Assembly (NCBI GenBank): GCA_009602725.1
Contig: WELB01000010.1
Coordinates: 409,151 to 473,150, forward strand
Direction of reading: 5' to 3'
DNA length: 64,000 nt
From: Spirogloea muscicola
Taxonomy: Eukaryota
Made by a program: the position numbers and the translations under genes
Notes under the pieces: model-generated
The model's input: only the letters and a program-made list of their open reading frames with translations
The model's database searches: none
Told to the model about the DNA's origin: nothing
In this document: positions 11,483 through 23,593 of the stretch, piece by piece
Numbering within the stretch: the first letter of the stretch is position 1
Layout of the letters: each line of letters opens with the position of its first letter

Positions 11483-13704
11483 ATTGAGAATCTGATCTAT
11501 GACAATCTTTGCTGTCAGTGATGTGTTACTGAAGACATTTCCTGTACCTCTCGGTGGTGCGTACATTTTTTTGCATACTCGTGGTGCACAAGAGTATTGC
11601 ACCACAGTTTGGAATAAGAGCTAGTGTGACCTCTTTTTTGACATACTAGCCGCCAATTCTGCTGTGTCGCGTTCTTTGGCAACAGTCTCCAAGAGAGGCC
11701 ACCAATGACTGCCGCATGTACGTGCATATGGCAAAGTCAGGCACTGGGGATGGGGTCAGGACATACTGCAGCACATTGGCATCTCGTTAGTAAGCAGACT
11801 GTCAGCATCTGTATCACAGGAAAGCAAACAGAGAGGGAGACTTGTGGCTCCTCATACTTGCAGCTCTTGTTCCCACATGCTTGAGGCATTGCCCTCTTGG
11901 GTATTACATTGAAGTAACTGTTTTTTCCTGAGAAGGACACGTGCAAGGACAGAGGAAGATGTGCTTCACACCCATATTTGATGTCAGCGTCAATAGTGGA
12001 GTAGTAGGAGCCCAGTACTGCCCACGTGTCAGATACCAAGTGGGGTAGGCTCACGGATGGAGGTCGTGTTGTTGTGTGGCCTGCTTACACAGCTGCAAGG
12101 GTTTTTGACGTGCCAAGCAGTGGGAACGGGTATTTCAATCGTTAGAGCAAAGCAAGTGGCTGAGTCAACAGGCCCAGTATGCCTCAAAGAGAACATGCCA
12201 TCAACGATTGCAACAGTGCGATTGCCAAAAACAAAATGGTGAGTAGCTCAAGAGCAGGAAAGAACGAGCTCAAAGAGGACATGCGAGCTCCTGCAAGTAG
12301 GCAATGCTGTCAGCGGCCAACCCAAAACACACATCTGATGAGTACGTGATCATGTATTGCGCCAGTGGCTGGGAGCCCAAGAAGATTGTGGCTGCTCGAT
12401 ACTGAGGAGAAAGGGCGCCAGCAGATCAAGCCATGGCAGCTTACCAGGAACATAGATTTAATACTCTTGTGCTGTTATTAGTCACCATGTGGTCAACAGT
12501 GTGCTTGCCACCAGGCTTCTGTGAGAGGCAGTGATGAAGAGGAGCCAGACAGAAACGTGGGGAAGAATTAGGGAGTGGGAAGAGTGGAAAAGTCGAGGAC
12601 GTTGGCCGATGGCAGACGGCGGCTGTGGAGGGAGATAGAGATGGTGCTCTTCTACGTAGGGCGGTGGCTGGGAAGGGCAAGCAGAAACGTAGACGAGTGT
12701 CTGAGAGGAAGCCCCAACAAGATGGACAATCTGCGCTGCGGCGCAACATGAAGACATCATGCCAGCAGCAGTTGCAGCTGGAAAGCCACGTGTTATAGGT
12801 GGCCTGTTGATTGTCCCTCCCGACCCCAAGCCATAAGGGTAAGGAGAACAGTGCGCACGACCAAGGGAGGCCAGATAAAGCCAATCCACTGTTTGGGCAA
12901 GACATTGTGCAAATATTGCAGTCACACAAATCAAGGCACTTATGCCAATTAGGAGAAGTAGTGAGCTCTTGCCTTCTGCGGGCGAGCACTCCTCCATCTT
13001 CTTCTTGCCAGGGGGTCGGGGGCTGTGGGGGCTAAGGTAACAGCGGGAGAGACTGCTGAAGAGGGACTCAACACTACTCACGAGTGAGCATGTACGGATG
13101 GATTTGACAAGCTAATTTGGGGAGCCGGGGAGCACCGTAAGGGCAGATAAGTCCCGGCTGTCCAATTCAAATTAGACAAAGCCGGGGTTCAGATCAGATA
13201 TAATAAATCTCTGGATTTCCCTTCGTCTACTATTCCGCTGGAGCTATCCGTCGAGGGCCCCCACCGTTTGCGACGGCAGCGGCAGCCGCGGTATGGGACA
13301 CGGTGGCACCTTGTAGGCCCCTCGCCATTGGTAGTAGTAAGCACCAGCTACGTTGTCTGCTCGGCCAGCTGCGACGCAGCTCGCCTCCGCCAACCCCCCC
13401 ACGCGCTTCCCCAGCTCACACATTCGCAGGCGCCTCTCGTTCCCGAGACTCCGGCCGCGTGGCGAGCGGCGCTGCCTGCGGCAAGGCTTTCTCCATCTCC
13501 CGACGATGCTGGACGCAGCACGGCGTGACGGCGTTTGACAAACGGCCTCGCAATGCGGGAGCTGCCGCCTTCTGCAGCGGAGCTGGCCCAAGACTTGCCG
13601 ACAGCTTCTGAGCTGCAGCTGCGGCCTCCGACGAACTCCTGCAGTATGCAGCCGCTTTGAGGGCTGCACTTTGAGGCCGAAAGCACGTTGCCGGGGGCGG
13701 TGCA

Positions 13705-16700
13705 ATGGCTTCTCTGGCAGGGCCTTTCACAGGAGCGGGTCTGTCTGGCTGCTTTGATAGCCCCTCTGGCGGTCACCGCCGCAGGCGGCTAGCATGTACG
13801 CGCCGACTTTCAGCTCGACTGCCACAAACCTCCTTGCAGCTGGCAATTTCACAGGGAAGCTATGGCAGCGGTGCTTCCAGCAGGCAAGGTGCAGCGTCGG
13901 CGGCTGCTGAAAATCCTGGCCTCCCTGCAGAGCAGCTTCCCTTCCAGTACAGAGAAACCCCGCTGGTGACCACTGCGGTCAGCAGATTCGTGCCGTTCTC
14001 TGATATCGAGGACCGTGATGGCACGGAGGACTGGATAGTGGACACACAGGGACTGGAGGTACCAGCGGTGCTCGACATCATCCTGGGGCTGTCCGAGCCC
14101 AAATTCTTGGCTCCAAGGGGCTGCAGACGCAATCTGGACCTCATGGTCTACGTGCCGGGCTTGGATGGCACGGTACGAGACCACTGCTCATGAGCTGACA
14201 AGCCTTCATCGTTGGGATGAGCGCAGGTGTCTCATTGCTGCCTCGCTGTGAGACTTCATACCCTGCTGTGCTCTAGTGCAGGGCTTGTTCTTGGAAAGGC
14301 ACCTGGCAGAGCTCGAAATTGAGTACGACATACGGTGCCTTTCCATTCCGCCAACTGACAGCTCATCATATGCAGACCTTGCTGACAGGTGAAATTGGTG
14401 GAACTATCTCTACATTCCTGATGCATTCACACATATTAATGTTCTCACATATACTCCTTCACATCCTGGTGCACTCATGTCCACACGGTTTGACATGAGC
14501 CATTGGAGGCATGCCTGATGTCTATAAACTTGCAGACAGTCTGAATATGGTCACTGCCGACTCTGACCTGCCATTTTCAGCCTCTTGGAACAGACTGGCT
14601 TTGATGATTGAAGACGAAGTTCACTGGCACGATAGAAATGCCAAGGGAAGAGTAGCCTCTGCAGCTCTGACAGCTGGTAGCTCCAAGGACCTCATGCAAT
14701 ATGTGAGTGGAAAGACTCTGAAGACTGCAAAGAGGACCGTGACTATCGTTGCCGAGAGCTTTGGAGCTGGAATAGGAGTGGCACTTGCTGCACAGAATGC
14801 TGAACTAGTTGATTACCTAGTCTTCATCAACAGGTTTTGGTCACAGCCTTCACTTCTCTGAGAGTACAAGTCTTGTCCTCTCATATTCAGCTGAGATGTG
14901 TTGTTCTATCTAGAGGATTCGACTGCAATCTGCTTCATTGAAAGTCGTAGAAGTGTTGTGGCAACTTGCAAATATTGTCATAACATCTTCATGACTTAGT
15001 CATGTAGGATTTGGAAGTGTAACACTTGAACTGGCAACTCACCTGCCTAACCTGCTGTTGAATTACACCTAGCAGCTCAGCTAAATCTGTGCGACTGACA
15101 CTGCAGCGGGAGCGGATTAAGGCGTCGGCCATTACTTCTGCTTGGCTCTCGCCTGGTGCGTCTACTTGCACCATGTTACATAGCACTCATAGCTGGTCTT
15201 CATGAGGAGAGTAACAAGCTGAGGCTTTGACTCAGCTACACAGCAGTTTAGCACGGAAGCCACGCAGAGTGTTACTACTTCTGAGCCAGATACTTGTTGC
15301 CCTCCTACTACTAGACTAAGAAGCCTGACTGCAGCCTGACTCACGTACTGCAAGAGTCTTATGTTTCTTCTCAGGTTCCATATGCACCTGCAATGGCGTA
15401 CCTGCATGATCTGAGCTCCATTGCGTTGGCACCTTTACTTACCAGCTGGCGGCGAGTAGCTGAGACCAGCCAATACATGATCTTGCCTCCCTTTAGGTAC
15501 TTGGCAGCTCTCAGTACATAGCACAGGAGATATCAAACTTTTGAAGCATGTCAAAGAGCTCACCACGTGGAATACATCACTGTAAGTACTGTCATTTGAC
15601 TTCCACATATGCACTTTCTGGCTGCTTTTGCAGTACGCAGCTGCTCAAACAGGATGTGGTGTCGCGGAGGCTCAACATGATGGCTGCCTGGCAGCCTTCT
15701 GATGCTACGCTGTCGGCCATCACAGCAACAACCCTCCTTGTTGCCAGGTAATGTTGGAGATTAGAGAGCTTGTAAGAGTTCTGAGGCATGGCCGAGCGCT
15801 TGGCACCTTGGAAGTACACATTGGGTTTGCCATGTCACATCCAGGCTTCCACTGTTGGACATGGAAGATGTCTCGTCTTCTGTTCTACATGTCTATCCCA
15901 AGACATGATGTTCAATCCAGCTCATTTGATGAATAGCAGAGCAGAATCTCAGGATTTTGATTCGAGTTCTGCTTATATAGCGCCATTGTGTCAACTTGAT
16001 AGTAGCCGAGGTTGCTTGTATACTATTTGTACAGTGGTGCCGACAGACTTCTTCCGTCGGTGGAGGAAGCCTATGGACTTGCCACCTGCATACCAAATTG
16101 CCAAATTCACGTTCTCCCATTCTCGGGCCACATTCCTCTCCTCGAGGTCGAGTGTGGCGCTGACCTATGTCTTCATTGGATTGCACTATTGAGGAATTTC
16201 TTGAGGGATTTGTAAAAGTCCAGAGGATGGTGTAATTGGGCTAAGGCGTTCGTACTGTTACGGTGCAGGAGGATGTCAAGCTGGTAAATATATTAGCAGG
16301 GGCTCGATTCTTACCATCGCAAAGTCATTCTCTGAGCGGAGGACATCAGCACCAAGACGAGGTCTGACAATAAAGTAGTCATGGCTTACAAGACACTGCT
16401 CTTCAAAGCTTGTCGAATATTTTGTTGCTGCTGCTTTTGATCAAAGTGTTTTACTTTGTCATGGCTATTTTCCAGAGCATTGCGTCTCCTTTGTATCCTA
16501 CGATCTCCTCGAACGAGGCTTTGGAAGACGTTTCACAACTAGGTGTTGGCTTTTCAGCATCAGGCTTAGCATACAGCTCCACAGACACACCCGCAGAAGT
16601 CATAGATGGAGCAGCTGTTGTTCTCTCTCTCCAAGTAGAGGAGCCCGCTATCTTCAAGACAGCTTCTACTCATGAAGCTGCCGGCCTTGCAGAACGTGCG

Positions 16701-19693
16701 AGCATGGCAGGGGACGATGCCTGCATAGAAATATCAGGTCCCACTGACAAGCTTCTGGCCAGCCAGGCTGTGAGTGGGCAAGAGGAGGAAGAGGGGGTAG
16801 ACGGGCTTGTCAAGGCATGGGCGCTGGCCAAGGTAAAGGGGAGAAGTAGTCAGGATAGAGAGAGTCCTCTGGATGCCTTCCTGGCTCTGAACAAGGAGAG
16901 AGGCGACAAGGCATGGATGCGATGGATGTTCCCATACTCGTCCATTCAGGACAAAGCTGTGCCGCGCTCCTTGCGCCTACTTCCAGAACAGAGGAGTCAG
17001 CCTGATAGCAATGTTACTCCAGGAGTCCCTCCTGACACGAGCTCGGACCTGCTGCAAGGTGATATGGCAGTATCATCAGCAAATAGGTCAGAGGAAATTA
17101 TTCAGCAGGATCAGCAGGTTGACCTTTTGATCAAAAACGTTGACAGTGGCTCAGAAGTCAGGCTAGGACATCCAAGCAAGGAGACAAAGAGTGAAGGGCA
17201 CAGGGGTCTTGGCATGGCCCATGCTGCTGAGGGAATGTCCTTGTCTCAAGCACTCCCTGATGAGAACCTAGAGAGGCAAGGTGTGACTGGCCTTGCCTGG
17301 AGCAGGGCAGGGGCTGAGCCAGAGACTGGTCTTGCAAGGAGAGACAGGGGAGATATTGTGCCAATCCAGAGGCAAAATGGAAAGCTAGCTATCATTGAAC
17401 GAGGCTCCACACGCAGCAGGGTCACAGCAGCAGAGGCTGGAGTGAAGTTAGAACGCTTGTTGCTTGACATCCCTCAATACCGTGTCTGGAATTGGTTGAC
17501 GCGGCCCCAGTTCTCTGGTGAGTGACTGGCTCCACCTATGGCAAAGCCTTTCGAGATATTGGTCCCGTATGAGATGTAAAATTTCACAGTCCACTTTTCT
17601 ATGCAGGACTGGAGAATATTCCAACCCATGAGCGGCCTCTTCTTTTTGTTGGAAATCACACAATCTTTGGTATCTATGACATGTAAGAGGTCGTCTTCTG
17701 ACATGCATATCTAGTTGCACCAGAATGGTCACATGCAGACGATGTCCTTGTCATCATGTTCATCAAAGCCATCACCTCACACGAAATGCTGCTCACATCA
17801 TGAAACGAGCCTGCACATGCATGCACAGGTAGTCATTCACTGATCTGTTCCCTCTTGTTGTAGGCCTCTGATGTTGATGGAGCTCCAGAAGAGAAAGGGG
17901 CTGACTCTGCGAGGACTGGCTGACCCACTTCATTGGGCTTCTCCATTTGGAGAACTTCTGGCTTCATATGGAGCAGTAGTGGTCAGTCAGACTATTGTGG
18001 CAGAGCATCACGTGTCTCTCATCTACAAGTCCGTCATGCTTTATTGCACACATGTATTCAATAATTAACAAGAAGGTGTTGGTCACAGGCAGCACCTGCA
18101 TGTACTGCAGGTAGCATGTAGATTGTACATGCCCGGCACTTGAGGCAGGCCATGCAGCTTTGTATGATTTCTTGTATATTGTTGACATGTGTCAGCTCAT
18201 GTGCTACAGGCATCGCCAAGAAACTGCTTCAAGTTGCTGCAAGAGGGTGAGTGCGTCCTGCTCTACCCAGGTGGCGGCAAGGAGGTTGCCAAGAGGAAAG
18301 GCCAGAAGTACAAATTGCTGTGGAAGGAGCAAACAGACTTTGTACGGCTTGCTATGCGCTTTGGCTGCACCATCATCCCATTTTCTGCACTTGGTGTAGA
18401 GGATGCCTTTGACATCCTCATGGATCCTGAGTGCGTTGCCACTGTCCATGTCAGCAACCCTGTTGTTGCCTTCTATGGTACTGTTGTATTGCTCCTGGTC
18501 TTCCGCTCGGTCTGCTTGTGTGAATCTCAGTTGGTGGTTGATCAGTTGTCAGATGAACAAGGGAAACCCTTCCTGGCATTTTGAGAGGAACACGCGCAGG
18601 ATGCTCTCTTTTGCAGAGTGTAGACAGTCCTCATCCTGTGCAACTGATGAAGATATTTGTTCCTGCTCTTCAGGGAGATAATGGCGACACCACTTGGCAA
18701 CGTGATACGTCCCGTGCTGCAGGCTGCTGGTAGTCTTCCATCTTGGGCATGCCTGAGCTGTATGTGAGGGGACGAAGGCATGCGGCGCTTGAGAGGGGGA
18801 GTGAGTTCAGACTTGTGGAAGCGGAGGTTGTGTCAGGCCTTATTCAATGCATGTTCACATCTTTGCAAGTTGCTCATCAAAGCTGATGGCTTACGTCTGT
18901 GCCTAGTGATGGTATGTGACGTTACAGGTCTTACTGAAGAAGTCCTCCTTCCACTTACATCCACTGTTGGCCTGCTACCACGTCCGGAACGTCTTTACTT
19001 TCACTTTGGTCAGTGAGTGAAGAATGACCAAATAAGGGCTGCTGGTCTGACTTGCTTACCGAGGGGAAGTACGGCGTCTTGTGCCAATCATGCAGGGACC
19101 CTGTTTGACAAGCAAGGGTGGCATGTGGGTGAGGGTGCAGGGGAGCCTATCAGGACAGATATTTTCTCTCGTGCAACCCTGGCTGATCGAGAGGCATGCA
19201 GTCAACTGTACCAGGTGAAGACCGTTGCAATGAGATGTCCAGCCTGTCTTAAAGTTTGGCACATATACCCTCTATCGCCCTCATGGGAGCCTATGGAGAG
19301 GGCAGTCTTTCATCTGCTTATTGCATAGCATGCTCTCCTTCACTGGCAAAGGAGCTTTTGGTGTAAAGAGATGCGGGAGCAGGTAGTATGACCATGTATG
19401 GAAGTTTGCCATAGGCTTTGACCTGATGTGTGCCAGAATGAATGTTCCACAGAGGGTGAGGCAGTCCGTGGAAGACGGCATTAGGCTTCTTCAAAGTAAA
19501 CGGGATAAGGATCCCCTCCGCGACCTGTTTTCTCGTACTTTGGTACGACCTATGCCTTTATTATCATGCTATAGAGTTTCTGGTTTTCAGAAATACAAAA
19601 GGGGTAATAGATTACTTTTCACCAGGCTGACCTCTTTAATGTACTGGACTTCTGGAGCAGATGAATGTCTTTGAAGGATGGGATGGCTTATAG
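13705..19693 (+). CDS. PES: Phytyl ester synthase-like esterase/lipase/thioesterase (alpha/beta hydrolase plus DAGAT-type acyltransferase), plastid-targeted
   Basis: Transit-peptide-like N-terminus, LMVYVPGLDGTG, IVAESFGAG, GADRLLPSVEEA, SGHIPLLE, GLENIP..RPLLFVGNHTIFGIYD, VLLYPGGGKEVAKRKGQKYKLLW, FVRLAMRFGCTIIPFSALGVED, PERLYFHFG and KRDKDPLRD. About 16 exons; the last exon is tentative. Confidence 0.88.
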
Positions 19694-20659
19694 GACAAAA
19701 CCCCGTTCCGTGATGAAGGAAAGAGCACCTCAGAAGTCTGCATTGCCTTCAGAATGAGCAACACATTGTATGTTCCTTGTCTCTCGCTTCTCGCCTTTCA
19801 AATACATATTGTTGGAAGAGGCTGTACAACATATATTTTCTGTCTCTCTTGCTGCTCGCCTTTCAAGTACATACATACATACACTGTATGCCACGGTACT
19901 TTAAGAATCGCGAATGGGGTGTATTCATGGCGTTTAGCCTTAGGCGCATCTAGTACTCTCATGGTGCAATGTGTCGATCTTGTACACGCTTGCAGTAAGT
20001 GGATGTGGATGACCGTCAGTATATACAGCGTGGATGCAGGATGCAAGGACAGGTGGATTTACTGCAAGCACAAGAGAGGGGCTTGCTTTGATCAATGCCG
20101 CCACTTTCTACCAACCAAGCTCCTGTCGCGTGTCGGTACCGTAATTACAATGCCCTTATGGGCGAGTTAAATGCTGGCTCTTGATGGAAGCCGAACATTC
20201 TCACAATCGAGGTGCTCGGTCACAGCAGTTACAATGACTAATAAGGAGTGAGCTCGCTCTCACCAGTACAGACTGTGGGGTGCAACTCTTTACATTCTTT
20301 GACTGAGGAGCAGTATGCCGTTTAGCAGCAATTCTATAGCTGCCCACTGAGACAGGCAGTGCACGTCTCTCATGCCGCAATAAGACATGCTCTTATATTT
20401 ATATGCATGCAGCTTGTTGCTTCCCTGGAGTGGCTCCAGTCCTGCATTGGCAGACACGCAGAGCTCAAGCAGCGCCACGCCTGTCCTCCACTCAGTGTCA
20501 CGTCCTTAAGATTACATAAGGAGCTGAACAAGTATGCGGCTGAGGCACCTGTTTACTGCCTTGTGCCATCCCCCCCACCTCCTGCGACTCGGCAGGCCAG
20601 TCCAAGTTACCGCCCATATCCAAGGAACCGAAATCCCGCAGTTTTGGGACCTTAAGTCC

Positions 20660-21125
20660 ACCTTGTCTACTCATTGTGGGCTGGCCTTTCACAGCCTTCG
20701 CCCCCTTCAGAGAGCCTCGTCACCAGTAAGCCAGGCTACTGGCATCCATGGCGGTGACCTAGCTCCCCACAGCTCCCCACATTAGCTTGTCAGCTTTTAT
20801 GTACTCGCTGTGGCTTCTAAAGTCTCTCACTGTGGCTTCTGTAGTCTCCTTCAGCTGCATGCTCCCCTGTTACCTTCAGCCCCTAATTGCCAAGGGCTTC
20901 GCTTTGTGAAGCAGATACTCGCTATGTGAACAAGTCTGTACAACATATTGGATTAACTCGACCTCCCGTGCTATTCCATGCGCACTGTGCACGCCTTCCA
21001 ATAGGGGAGTTGCGTCCACATGAAAGCTCTACCCAGAATGTGGCAATGCCCGTGGAAGGCCAGCCCAAGAGACCTTGTTCAATCACTTAGGGCTGGCTAT
21101 TCACAACCCTCGCCCCTCCTCCGCG
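20660..21125. mobile_element. Short 3'-UTR remnants of the RLE retrotransposon family
   Basis: GGGCTGGCCTTTCACAGCC..GAGAGCC at 20678(+), GTGGAAGGCCAGCCC at about 21052(-) and GGGCTGGCTATTCACAACC at 21089(+). Confidence 0.6.
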
Positions 21126-21411
21126 TTGGCTTACTCAAGGCACATGACAAGGTTAAAGGGCCAGCAAGCGCCAAAAACAACACAGCTACGCAAATCGGAC
21201 GTTACGGGTGGATGCTCAACACCCTTGGTCAGCAGCCGCAAGTCTGAGTAGCTTGCAGCCGGAAGAAAGTGTCATTACGGCGATAGTCTGAATGAGCTGC
21301 CAAAGCCCGGCCTGACTTAGACGAGTGGCACGGAACGGCGACGAGCGCGAGAAGAGAAGCGCTGGACGTAACGCCGTGCCAGGGCTCGGCGGCCAATTCC
21401 GGACTTCGGGG

Positions 21412-21497
21412 CGCGTGGCCGGGGGCTTCCACGTGGCGAGCGCCCGCCCGGTCCCGCGGGAGCGGGAGATACGGGGCGGTTGGCGCCTACACGTGGC
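21412..21497 (+). promoter_or_regulatory. ABRE/G-box cluster upstream of the LDAP gene
   Basis: CGCGTGGC at 21412 (coupling-element-like) and CACGTGGC at 21430 and 21490. Confidence 0.5.
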
Positions 21498-21886
21498 TGC
21501 AGCGCCCGCGTGCCGCGTCGCGCGCGGATTGGCTGCCGCGGCGGGGGGTGGTCCCCCCACCCGGGGGCTCAAAGAATCCGGCCGAGCGCCAGATCGGCGA
21601 GCAGGCCAGATTTTTGTGCACACCAATTTCTGTGGGCTAATACGATAAGATCGATCACGCGGCCCCGCTCCCAAACATCCAACCGGTCAGTGACCAGCCA
21701 AATATTGACCATCGAGCCTTCCCGCTGATATGCCGAGCGAAGTGGCGGGGAGCCGCATCGAACCCCCCACCTCTCTGACTGACGGCCCAGCCCCCCGCCC
21801 CCGCCAGCTCCGGTGGCACAGGTCCCGCAACCCTCGCTTGCCACCTTCCGCAGCGCCTCCCCGCCCCCCTCCTACCCCCGCCGCCG

Positions 21887-23111
21887 NGGGCGACGCCGCG
21901 CCCTCCGCGCCCCACGCCGGTCTCCCGCAGGTCCGCGCCCGCCCCTGAATGGCATGCCACCCTCCGCTCTCCGTCGCCCGCTGGCCGCGATGTGCAGCTC
22001 GCCAGTCGAGTCGGCCATCGAGTGCCCGCCGCAGCTGTCGGCCTGCAGCTGTTGAGCGCGGCGTCTCTTTGTTGGGAAGGCACCTCAAGATCCCCTTGCC
22101 CTCCCAGATGTATTCTGTACCCCATGTGCTTCGCTGCTGGTCCGCAAGCTAATCTGACATTTACTTTCCCCGCCGTCCTCGCTTGTCCAGAGGAACCTCA
22201 AGTACTTGGGCTTTTTCCAGGACGCTGTCCTCAAGGCTGTTGCCTACCTTTCCACTCTGTACGATTACGCGAAGGACAGCTCCGGCCCCCTCAAGCCCGG
22301 CCTTGAAAATGTCGAGGGCACTGTCAAGACCATCGTCGGGCCCGTGTACAGCAAGATCGATGGCAAGCCGGGCGAGCTCTTACAGTTTGTTGACGCCAAG
22401 GTAGCCATGGAAATTGTCTTGAGCAAGATGTGAAGGCTCTGTGTCTCATCAGGCAGTGGAAATGCCTTCGTTTGTCTGCTTAGCTTTCGGTGCAGAATGC
22501 TCCCCACACCATCAGTTCGTTCACAAGTACGTGCTTGTGGCCACACTACGTGTTCGTCTCTTTTGGACTTTCAACAGTATTAGTAGTTCGAATCAAATCA
22601 AGGCAGAGTATCAATGTGCCGTGGTTAAGTTGTGTTCAACTCAATATGTGAATGACTAGTTACTGCTGATATGTTGCAGGTTGACAAGATCTTTACTCTC
22701 TTGGACAAGTATGTGCCTCCCTACTTCAAGGAGAAGGCGAACCAGGCAGCCACGCTCATGAAGGAGGCCCCTGCCAATACCAAGGCTTTGTTCCACGATG
22801 TGCAGAGCAAGGGCATTTTCACTACTGTCCACGAATACACTGAGAAGTACCAGCCGGTGGCTGAGAAGGAGGCCTACTCTGCCTGGAAGTTCTTCTTGAC
22901 CTTCCCGCTGGCACCTCAGGTGGTCTCCTTTGTGGCCCCCACGGCAATCTTCGGTGCGGAGAAGTACAATGAGGCAGTGGTTTACTTCAAGAAGAGTGAC
23001 ATCCCCATTGCTAAGCCAGTGGCTGGCTACCTTCCTCTGGTGCCTATTGAGAAGATCGAGTCCACTGTCAAGTCTGACACGCAGGATGCCCTCAAGGTGC
23101 ATGCCCATTGA
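21887..23111 (+). CDS. LDAP: REF/SRPP-family lipid droplet-associated protein; ATG probably overlaps the N gap at 21887
   Basis: Exon 1 (N)G-GDAAPSAPHAGLPQ; exon 2 (22191-22400) RNLKYLGFFQ..YDYAKDSSGPLKPGLENVEGTVKTIVGPVY..LLQFVDAK; exon 3 (22680-23111) PTAIFGAEKYN..AGYLPLVPIEKI. Confidence 0.92.
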
Positions 23112-23593
23112 GTGTGAATGGACTGATCTCTGAGCACGCATGGAATGGAATGCGTGGAGATAGGAGGAAAGGGCATCCGTCAATGTCGATCACGTTGTAC
23201 TTCAACAGTTTCAGACCCAGCAGGCATTAAGCCTCTGTGTAATTATGTAGATTGCAATGTGGGCAGTGAGCTGCTCCAGGTCATGTTGTGTTTAGGTCAG
23301 AGTGGGATGTTAGCTTCACTCTTTTCTCTCCCCTTCTCGTTAGGATCTGTTTTAGTTCACCGCATATAGTGTGGGATGATTCTGCTATTCATGTAACCAA
23401 CTTTTCTGAGTACGAGTTAATTCTCTCTGTAAGTGACTGCAAGTGTGGATCGTAAATTGTGGTGCACAGTTGACTGGTTTGCTTGGTGATATTCATGACA
23501 TTGAGATTATTCAAACATCTGTCAGCACTCCGCCATTGGGCAAAGTGAAAGGAATGTACTTCAAATGAAAATATGGTTTGCACGGTGCCTATT

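Noticed and set aside
11700..13240. ORFs 12441-13081 and a small hairpin CCCGGCT..AGCCGGG at about 13153-13186
   Set aside because: No recognisable domain or splice pattern, and the hairpin has no partner or TSD.
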